A stretch of 32,000 nt of DNA, taken from assembly GCF_000341395.1 (NCBI RefSeq), contig NC_020304.1, positions 1,620,001 to 1,652,000 of the forward strand. Direction: 5' to 3'. The notes beneath the pieces are model-generated. The model had not been told where the DNA came from. It was given only the letters and a program-made list of their open reading frames with translations, and ran no database searches. The translations under genes were made by a program, and so were the position numbers. Position 1 is the first letter of the stretch. Each line of letters starts with the position of its first letter. Below are positions 24,596 through 31,389 of this stretch, one piece after another. This stretch comes from Desulfocapsa sulfexigens DSM 10523 (GTDB lineage Bacteria; Desulfobacterota; Desulfobulbia; Desulfobulbales; Desulfocapsaceae).

Positions 24596-25234
24596 TCATA
24601 ATTTTTCTAGTAATTGTTTTTCATAGGCAGGATCAGGTCTAAAACCATATCCTTTGGCTTTGTCCAATGGCTTTTTAGCTTTTGAGTAGTTGCCTTTTTG
24701 ATATTCAAGAATCGACCAATTTAATAAAATTAGAGGATGTTTAGGTTCGATTTTTGTAGCTTCTTGAAATAGTTTTTCTGCTTTGATAAAAGACTCATGA
24801 GGATTTTTATCCTTTTCTTTCAAGTAAGAACCTAGAAAAGTATATGAGTATGCAAGGTCTCCTAAAATTAAACCATTTTCGGGAGCCATTGATTTTGCCA
24901 AATTGAGGTAGTTGATGGACTCGTTAATGTTGAATAATGGATCTTCCTGAGCCGCTCTATTACCCATGATTAAGCCAAAACCCCACAATGCATCAAGGTT
25001 GTTATGATCAAACATCCAGGCTTGGTTGAACCGTTTTATTGCTGTATCGTGATCTCCTTTATAGAAATATTTCCAGCCTAATTGTGCCGTTTCCCTACTA
25101 AGCTTTTTATCTGGTTGTATGTGTGACTTGTTTGCACCGCCATACATCGGCATTTCGTTGGATGGTCTGTCACTCGCAAAAGCCACAGAATGAAGAATGA
25201 GAAAAATAGATAATAGGAGAACCGATACTTTCAT
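24596..25234 (-). CDS. Secreted TPR-repeat protein
   Basis: Signal peptide MKVSVLLLSIFLILHSVAFA. Repeated 34-aa TPR-like units (GDHDTAIKRFNQAW..., YSKAKKPLDKA...). Confidence 0.75.
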   Translation of the reverse strand: MKVSVLLLSIFLILHSVAFASDRPSNEMPMYGGANKSHIQPDKKLSRETAQLGWKYFYKGDHDTAIKRFNQAWMFDHNNLDALWGFGLIMGNRAAQEDPLFNINESINYLNLAKSMAPENGLILGDLAYSYTFLGSYLKEKDKNPHESFIKAEKLFQEATKIEPKHPLILLNWSILEYQKGNYSKAKKPLDKAKGYGFRPDPAYEKQLLEKL

Positions 25235-25439
25235 GATGTCCTTTTTTGATGGTTAACTCGTCAGCTGTGTATTTTAAAAGGGAAAGTCTTCTTTGGCCTT
25301 TGAGGCCCAGCAAAAGCCAAAAGCAGATTTGATAATCATATAAAAGGCACCTCGGCCTGAAACTCAAGATCGAGCTTCAGGCCCAACCAAGATGGTTGTA
25401 TAATTGAGGTAGATAAACCATTACAAAGGAGGTGCCTTT

Positions 25440-26462
25440 ATGACTTCATTATACGCTGGAATCGATCTGCATTCAAACAATAGTCATTTAGCTATACTGG
25501 ATCAGGATGACAAACGAGTCTTTCACAAGAAACTTCCCAATATGGAAGATGTTCTGCTGGCTGAGCTCAAACCATTCCAAGATGAATTGTCTGCTGTTGT
25601 GGTGGAATCGACTTTCAATTGGTATTGGCTTGTAGACTGCCTGATGGAACAACGGTACGAGGTATTGCTGGCAAATCCTGCGGCCATGCTGCAGTACAAG
25701 GGGCTTAAGCATGTTGACGACAAACATGATGCCTTTTGGCTGGCCCATATGGCGAGGTTGGGCATTCTTCCACAGGGTTATATTTACCCTAAAGAGGAAA
25801 GACCTTTTCGTGATTTGCTGAGAAAAAGAGGTCATTTGGTTCGTCTGCGAACATCCGTAATCAACAGCCTGCAGGGGATCATCAGTCGAAACTGCGGCTG
25901 TAGCTTGAGCGGCAACAAGATGAAGCGCATGCGCGAGAATCATGTGGCGCCTCTTCTGACCGCTAATGAAGATCTTGCATTTAGTGGTGAAGTGTCCAGA
26001 GAGGTAATTGATTTTCTCGGACAGCAGATATCTCGGATTGAGCCTTTGGTGCTTGAGAAAGTACAACTACGCAAACCATTTCAATGCTTGCAGAGCATAC
26101 CGGGAGTTGGCAAAATCCTCTCTTTAACAATTATGCTGGAAACCGGACCAATCACTCGTTTCAAGAAGGTTGGTAATTTCACATCATATTGTCGCAAAGT
26201 ACCGACAACCTGGACAAGCAACAGCAAAAAGAAGGGCAAGGGAAACAGTAAAAACGGTAACAAGTATCTGGCCTGGACCTTTTCTGAGGCTGCGGAGTAT
26301 TCTCGACGCCACAGTGATCAAGCCAGAGCATTTTTCAATCGGAAAGCAGCCAGGACGAATAAATCGGTAGCCTACAGTGCGCTGGCGCACAAGTTGGCAA
26401 GGGCTTCTTACTACATGATGAGGGATCAGGTATGTTTTAACCCGAACAAGCTTTTTACCTAG
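25440..26462 (+). CDS. IS110-family (DEDD) transposase/recombinase
   Basis: 340 aa. N-terminal YAGIDLHS..., ESTFNWYWL, KHVDDKHDAFWLAHMARLGILP, C-terminal LQSIPGVGKILSLTIMLETG. AAGGAGG lies 8 nt upstream. Confidence 0.92.
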   Translation: MTSLYAGIDLHSNNSHLAILDQDDKRVFHKKLPNMEDVLLAELKPFQDELSAVVVESTFNWYWLVDCLMEQRYEVLLANPAAMLQYKGLKHVDDKHDAFWLAHMARLGILPQGYIYPKEERPFRDLLRKRGHLVRLRTSVINSLQGIISRNCGCSLSGNKMKRMRENHVAPLLTANEDLAFSGEVSREVIDFLGQQISRIEPLVLEKVQLRKPFQCLQSIPGVGKILSLTIMLETGPITRFKKVGNFTSYCRKVPTTWTSNSKKKGKGNSKNGNKYLAWTFSEAAEYSRRHSDQARAFFNRKAARTNKSVAYSALAHKLARASYYMMRDQVCFNPNKLFT

Positions 26463-26573
26463 GAATGGCCGAGACGGCGAACCTGAAAAGGGGTTGGTTG
26501 AAACCACCAGACTTGATTGGCAACCGTCTCGCCCTGTGATGATTTATTTTTACCGCCCATGGCGTGAACCACT
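26463..26573 (+). ncRNA. Candidate IS-encoded guide RNA (bridge/seek-RNA-like) in the 3' non-coding end of the IS
   Basis: The long hairpin 26467..26534 has a CGAGACGG/CCGTCTCG stem plus flanking pairs, enclosing a large interior. That interior holds AAGGGGTTGGTTGAAACCACCAG (26488..26510), which repeats the IS right end (26574..26597), and CCTGAAA, which matches the flanks. No expression evidence. Confidence 0.3.
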
Positions 26574-26884
26574 AAGGGGTTGGCTTACAACCACGAGGCC
26601 TGAAACAAACGCTTGGACACGTCATGGAACCAATAATTTTCTAGGCCCACAATTGTGGGTAGGGGCTGTATGGAAGACAAATGGCTGTTTCACTATGAGT
26701 TTTGAGGAATATTTGCCACACAGCCATTTGTTTCCTGCTGGTTCATAGATCCTGAGGCTGACTGGTGCGGTAATATTACCAACACGACAACTCTGAAATA
26801 TAGGGTGCGGAAGAAAGGAATAGTACAAAGACAGAGAGAGCAGCTGGACTTTGACTAAACCCTTGCAAGGGAAATGATCACTTT

Positions 26885-27217
26885 TTACTTAGTGGGTGAT
26901 CCCTTTATTTTTTCCTTAGCCTTGTAGCCATATTGAGTATCGCCAAATTGTTCTGATAAATATTTGTACAAACCAAGAGCTTCATCTTGTTTTTCGAGTT
27001 TTTCTAATGCAAGGGCTTTTAAAAATACAATTTCAGCTTTCATTTCTCGAGATGGCTCCTCATAGTTTTCGGCACGAGAAGTAAGTGCTAGCACGTCTTC
27101 ATAATTTCCATCATCATAACTACTGTATGCTTTACTCAGTGCACCTCTTTGAGCTAAAGTACTGCTACATCCGCTAATCAGTAGGGCTAACATAAAAAAA
27201 ACGATATTTTTTTTCAT
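26885..27217 (-). CDS. Small lipoprotein with TPR-like helical repeats
   Basis: MKKNIVFFMLALLISGC lipobox. The helical repeat composition (YEDVLALTSRA..., EALGLYKYL...) resembles YbgF/BamD-type TPR proteins. Confidence 0.7.
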   Translation of the reverse strand: MKKNIVFFMLALLISGCSSTLAQRGALSKAYSSYDDGNYEDVLALTSRAENYEEPSREMKAEIVFLKALALEKLEKQDEALGLYKYLSEQFGDTQYGYKAKEKIKGSPTK

Positions 27218-27233
27218 TGATGACTTCCTTTAA

Positions 27234-27321
27234 TTATAACGCCTTACGTCACCGTCAGCAAAAAGACAGAGCGAGGAACGAACGACGCCTTTTGATGTTT
27301 GAGTGCATGTGATTGTTATGG
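27234..27321 (-). repeat. attC-like recombination site (88 bp)
   Basis: Minus strand: CCATAAC directly abuts the ArsM stop codon (TAG|CCATAAC), and it ends GTTATAA 16 nt upstream of the lipoprotein start codon. ATAAC/GTTAT are complementary. The GC-rich interior has partial pairing. Confidence 0.5.
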
Positions 27322-28119
27322 CTATGGTTTTACTGCCTCAATAGTTGCCGAAACAACGTAATCCTCAACTTTACTTCCAGGCGCCCAGTTACGAATAAAG
27401 GTTTTACTTTCGTCTTTTTGCCTGATCTGGATATTCTCGAAGCCGGCTTGCTGTAACATAGATTCGAGTTCTTGGACGTAAGATGCGCCAGCGATACAAC
27501 CAGTATACATTGCCATATCTTCCTTTACGTCGCCAGGCATCTCAGCGGTGGCAACAATATCGGAAATTGCCAACCTCCCCCCTTGTTTTAATACGCGGAA
27601 TGCCTCACGGAACACCCTTTCTTTCTTGGGAGAGAGGTTGATTACACAATTGGAAATGATGACATCAATAATCCCATCGGCAATTGGCAGGTTTTCCAAC
27701 TCCCCCAGGCGAAAATCGACATTTTCATAACCTGAAATATCAGAATTTTGGCGAGCTTTGCTTACCATTTCCGGTGTCATATCAACACCTATAACTTGCC
27801 CTGATTCGCCAACTTCCTTAACGGCAAGAAAGGAATCAAAACCACCACCACTCCCCAAATCTAAAACAGTCTCGCCAGATTTTAGTAAGGCTATAGCTTT
27901 GGGGTTTCCGCAACCTAAACCCATATTTGCACCGTCTGGTACCTCATTTACATCAGCATTTGAATAACCGAGTTCCATTGAGGTGGCTTTTGCATCGGGG
28001 GCAGATTTGCCGCAACATGAAAATGCTGAACATCCACAACCGGAATTGCCTGATTCGGCAACCTTGCCATACTGTTCACGAACGGCTTTGCGAATATTGT
28101 CATTACTTAACTGTGTCAT
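27322..28119 (-). CDS. arsM: Arsenite S-adenosylmethionine methyltransferase-like (ArsM-type class I methyltransferase)
   Basis: I moved the start to the ATG at 28119 (MTQLSNDN...), which has AAGGAGA upstream. Cys-rich N-terminus GCGCSAFSCCG, GLGCGNP, SAM motif VLDLGSGGGFD, ISNCVINLSP, and a later conserved Cys (YTGCIAGA). Confidence 0.8.
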   Translation of the reverse strand: MTQLSNDNIRKAVREQYGKVAESGNSGCGCSAFSCCGKSAPDAKATSMELGYSNADVNEVPDGANMGLGCGNPKAIALLKSGETVLDLGSGGGFDSFLAVKEVGESGQVIGVDMTPEMVSKARQNSDISGYENVDFRLGELENLPIADGIIDVIISNCVINLSPKKERVFREAFRVLKQGGRLAISDIVATAEMPGDVKEDMAMYTGCIAGASYVQELESMLQQAGFENIQIRQKDESKTFIRNWAPGSKVEDYVVSATIEAVKP

Positions 28120-28207
28120 TGTTGTCTCCTTTGATGAGGTTAAAAAAGATACGTACACTCTTGTAGACGGAGACAAGCAAAAAAGGATGCATATTTTATT
28201 GAGCTAG

Positions 28208-28753
28208 CTAGCAATATTTACAATATTTATTCTTTTTCTTATACGAAACCAATGTGTTGTTGTGATTGATTTCAATTTGACAGCAGTCATGTAGCATTGT
28301 TTTTAGTAAAGCTCTGCCCCTTTGAACTCTTGATTTTGCGCCAGACAATGAAATGTTTTCCATTTCTGCTATTTCTTTTTGGTTTTTATGCTCTAATTCA
28401 GAAAGCCGAACAGCTTCACGATATTTATCAGGTAGTTCTTTAACCATCGGCTCAAGACATGATGATAATTCTTTTCTGATTGTTTCCTTTTCATCGTGTT
28501 GAGGTTGCTCTATCCAATCAGGCAGATTTTTGGTTGGTCTTCTTGAACGATAGTAGTCTATTACCGTATTTCTAGTTATTTGATACAACCAACTCTCAAG
28601 CTTTTTATTTTCCTTCAGAGAATCAATTCGAGTATGTATTTTTATAAATACATCTTGGAGGAGATCATCCACCACATCTTCAGCAACTTTACCTCTTATG
28701 AAGGCGGTTAACTTCATGTGGTATTCATGCCAGATGTTTTCGGTTGATTTCAT
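28208..28753 (-). CDS. ECF-type sigma-70 factor with Cys-rich C-terminal tail (SigZ-like)
   Basis: I moved the start to the ATG at 28753 (MKSTENIW...), which has AAGGAA upstream. Region 2 (DLLQDVFIKIH, SWLYQITRNTVIDYYR) and region 4 (EIAEMENISLSGAKSRVQRGRALLK) are present. The tail is HDCCQIEINHNNTLVSYKKKNKYCKYC. Confidence 0.8.
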   Translation of the reverse strand: MKSTENIWHEYHMKLTAFIRGKVAEDVVDDLLQDVFIKIHTRIDSLKENKKLESWLYQITRNTVIDYYRSRRPTKNLPDWIEQPQHDEKETIRKELSSCLEPMVKELPDKYREAVRLSELEHKNQKEIAEMENISLSGAKSRVQRGRALLKTMLHDCCQIEINHNNTLVSYKKKNKYCKYC

Positions 28754-28836
28754 GCTGATTCCTTTTGAGGCGAATAGCGCCCGAGCTAACCGGCTTGCCA
28801 ACCAGTTGGCTACCAATTTTAGACGATTGTAATTGT

Positions 28837-28885
28837 TGAAGCCAACTCAAAAGAACGGGTGTGGTCGCTAGTCGGGTTGATTAGT
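28837..28885 (-). repeat. attC-like element, 'GCCAAC' subfamily, copy 2
   Basis: TGAAGCCAACTCAAAAGAACGGG ... GGGTTGATT. 21 of 23 nt are identical to 21331..21353. A further AGTTGGCT/AGCCAACT inverted repeat extends towards the sigma gene. Confidence 0.4.
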
Positions 28886-28916
28886 TTGTTTTTAAAAGCA
28901 GGCACCTATGGTATCT

Positions 28917-29771
28917 TTATTTCTTTTTGAATAATTTGTAAATTGCAGAAAAGTCTTCTTGATCCATACCTTCTTCAAATGTTCTAGCGTAAAGTTCTTT
29001 TATTACAGAGCCCGTAAAAAGAGTTTTTTTCTGTTCATATGCTAAGTCTTGGAGGCAATGAAGATCTTTATATATTAAGGCACATGAAAAATGAGTTGAA
29101 AAATCTTCTTCCAGTAACTTCATCTTCTTGGCGTTGAGCACGAGGGAATTTCCACCGCCTACAGATAAAATTTCTAATATTTCTTTCTTTGCGATTCCAA
29201 TTTCTTCACCTAGGGACAAGGCTTCAGCAATAGTTGCCATAAAGCTGCCTAATGCAAGATTATTGATCAGTTTCATTTTTGTAGCTAGTGCTGGCTCATT
29301 AAAATAAAAAAGATGTTTCCCAATATTTTCCAATAATGGTTTAACCTTTTCATATCCTGTTGTATCACCGCTAACTAAAACTGTAAGAGAGCCTTGTGAT
29401 GCAGGAACAACGCTACCTAGTACTGGAGCTTCTAGATAAGTAGCCCCTGCATTTTTGCAAAGTTCATGGAAATTTGAAACTTCTTTAAAATGGTTTGTAG
29501 ATAAGTCTATAATAATCTTTCCTGCAATTTCACCGGACAAAATTCCATTTTCTTGGGTAAGAACAGAATTGACAGCATTGCTGTCAAACATACATAAAAA
29601 AACAACTTCGGCATTTTGAGTAACTGAAACGGGAGATGATGCAATTTCAACCAACATGCCCTCGGATTTCGAATGAGTTCTGTTCCAAACAGTCAGATTA
29701 TGACCACAGTCTAAAAGTCTTCCGGCAATTGCTTTGCCAAGGTGTCCAAGCCCTATGAATCCTAATTGCAT
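28917..29771 (-). CDS. NAD(P)-dependent dehydrogenase, 3-hydroxyisobutyrate / 6-phosphogluconate dehydrogenase-like family
   Basis: N-terminal Rossmann motif MQLGFIGLGHLGKAIAGRLL. Length and the central LEAPVLGS / helical C-terminal domain fit the HIBADH-type fold. Confidence 0.8.
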   Translation of the reverse strand: MQLGFIGLGHLGKAIAGRLLDCGHNLTVWNRTHSKSEGMLVEIASSPVSVTQNAEVVFLCMFDSNAVNSVLTQENGILSGEIAGKIIIDLSTNHFKEVSNFHELCKNAGATYLEAPVLGSVVPASQGSLTVLVSGDTTGYEKVKPLLENIGKHLFYFNEPALATKMKLINNLALGSFMATIAEALSLGEEIGIAKKEILEILSVGGGNSLVLNAKKMKLLEEDFSTHFSCALIYKDLHCLQDLAYEQKKTLFTGSVIKELYARTFEEGMDQEDFSAIYKLFKKK

Positions 29772-29802
29772 ATTGTTACCTCAATAATTTTATTTGGGAG
29801 GC

Positions 29803-30672
29803 TTATCGTAAAGCGTAACCGACTGGCAAAAACCGAGTGACCGATAGGGAGCGGAGCTTTTGCAAATCCGAGTTTACGCGTTTGTTATGTTTTATTTCGC
29901 CTGTGAATTGGCTCCATCCTTGGTGAACTGTAAATCCATATACTGAGGATAGTGCTTCATCAAGTGTTTTACCTTGTTCTAGTGCGGTAAATAGTTTCCT
30001 AAACTTGCTCGGACTCATATCGTGTAACCACCTTACATACATTTCACTCTGTCGATAAAACATATGTGTTTTTAAGCCAAAGCTGCTTGCTGTTTTCCTG
30101 AATATAAGGGCACCAGAACCATTTGGTTTGATGGTCTTTCCTTGGTATATAGCTTCAGCTGCTTCTTGCTCAGTAACCTTTTCGGCTCCACCCCCATTTG
30201 ACACATAGACTGCCAAACCTTCTTTGAACCACACTGGTAATTTGGTTTGATAATTCCAACGACCAATATCCTGGGTGTGCTGTAAGTGTGACAGCTCATG
30301 CGTGAGTATCCCTGGAATTCTATTTTTTTGTTTTAATAACTTTGGAGAAGCAAACAGCCTATCTCCAATAACGCAGCTAGATGGATATTTTGAAGCACAA
30401 TAAGAAGAAAAGCTGTCAATAGATTTTGTTACGTAGATTACTACAGGTTTTTCGAATGCTCCTTGCTTGTTTTCAATAGTTTGTACGGCTGCCTCCAAGT
30501 ATGGAGCTATTTCTTCAGCATATTTTATAGAACCATCTTCATACTTTATCCGGGAATCTTGTTTCAAACTCTGAAACCCGTCTGTTGATTTTGTCATTGC
30601 GAGCACAGTGCTAAACGTTGTGCACCCATTTAACGCCAATAGACAAAAAATGATTATAGATATATAGCGCAT
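29803..30672 (-). CDS. Lipoprotein, MA-clan zinc metallopeptidase-like (paralogous in motif to 10643..11485)
   Basis: I moved the start to the ATG at 30672 (MRYISIIIFCLLALNGC lipobox), which has AGGAG 6 nt upstream. HELSH (HExxH) and VWFKEGLAVYV. The last about 28 codons are read from the attC-like site. Confidence 0.7.
   Translation of the reverse strand: MRYISIIIFCLLALNGCTTFSTVLAMTKSTDGFQSLKQDSRIKYEDGSIKYAEEIAPYLEAAVQTIENKQGAFEKPVVIYVTKSIDSFSSYCASKYPSSCVIGDRLFASPKLLKQKNRIPGILTHELSHLQHTQDIGRWNYQTKLPVWFKEGLAVYVSNGGGAEKVTEQEAAEAIYQGKTIKPNGSGALIFRKTASSFGLKTHMFYRQSEMYVRWLHDMSPSKFRKLFTALEQGKTLDEALSSVYGFTVHQGWSQFTGEIKHNKRVNSDLQKLRSLSVTRFLPVGYALR
29813..29890 (-). repeat. attC-like recombination site (78 bp) embedded in the 3' end of the peptidase ORF
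   Basis: Minus strand: ACATAAC AAACGC GTAAACTCGG ... CTCGGTTTTTGC CAGTCG GTTACGC. The inverse core ACATAAC is the exact complement of the GTTATGT box at the 5' edge of the same cassette (30688..30694). Confidence 0.55.
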
Positions 30673-30687
30673 GGGCACTCCTATCAA

Positions 30688-30775
30688 ACATAACGACCCA
30701 ACTCAGGCGACCGCTGCCGCAAGGCGATGCCAGGAGTGGTGCGGTGGCCGGTCGAACTGAAGCTCCGTATTATGC
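30688..30775 (-). repeat. attC-like recombination site (88 bp), uppermost one visible
   Basis: Minus strand: GCATAATAC ... GTTCGACCGGCCACCGC ... GCGGCAGCGGTCGCC ... GTTATGT. The interior arms CGACCG..CCGC / GCGG..CGGTCG pair. The GTTATGT box lies 15 nt upstream of the peptidase start codon. Confidence 0.5.
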
Positions 30776-31389
30776 ATTTCCTGAAATAACTGTTGTACTA
30801 AAACCTTCATCAGAGGTGGGGGCAACAAAATACTTTGTAACCTGCTCAAACATCTCTGGCGTATCAGTTGCCGCCCTCTCGGGCTGTTCAGCGCGCCTTT
30901 TAGCGATCCGCACTATGCAGGCATCGTTTGACAAATCAATGTAGATTTTCCTCAGTCTCTTTGCATAGCAGTGTTAAATAAATGGATAGTGTCCATGATA
31001 TTACCTTATGTCTGGTCACTTTTTCCACTTATTTTCGTACTGTGCTAGAGTATGTGAAAAACATCACCCATTTATTTCCTTTTACTTATATTTTCTACCA
31101 TATCAAATAGTAAGGCAACTAGATGGAAAGACAATGCCTGTCAACAACAGATTGCTTTAGAAGCTGTGAATATGTATCACATATATAGTGGAGGGTCCGG
31201 CGGTGAGGTTAATAAGTACCGTGATATAAGTTTGTTGGATGACTTTATGGTGATCCTGTCAAGGTGTGAGTATTTAGCCGGTAGTTCCCCGTTGACTCAA
31301 ATAACAACTTTAATTGATCATAGCAGAACTCTGTAGTAGTGTTTTGTCGATAGAGGTTCTTAGATGATTAGCAAGAGTGGGAGTTTTGA

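Larger units (their letters stand above)
25384..26593 (+). mobile_element. IS110/IS1111-family insertion sequence (about 1.2 kb; ends approximate, about +/-10 bp)
   Basis: A single DEDD-transposase gene on the strand opposite to all neighbours. It is bracketed by an imperfect direct repeat, GGCCCAACCAAGATGG (25380..25395) / GGCTTACAACCACGAGG (26582..26598), sharing CAACCA. Short 5' end, about 130-nt structured 3' end. Confidence 0.65.

Noticed and set aside
26494-26748. An 84-aa plus-strand ORF downstream of the transposase.
   Set aside because: It spans the predicted IS right end and the flanking palindromes, has no RBS, and is Trp/Arg/Pro-rich. It is more likely non-coding structured DNA/RNA.
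30744-30944. A 66-aa plus-strand ORF at the upstream edge of the array.
   Set aside because: It starts inside the attC-like site, has no RBS, and is antisense to the somewhat more plausible minus-strand frame whose stop codon sits in the inverse core. Neither is strong enough to list as a feature.
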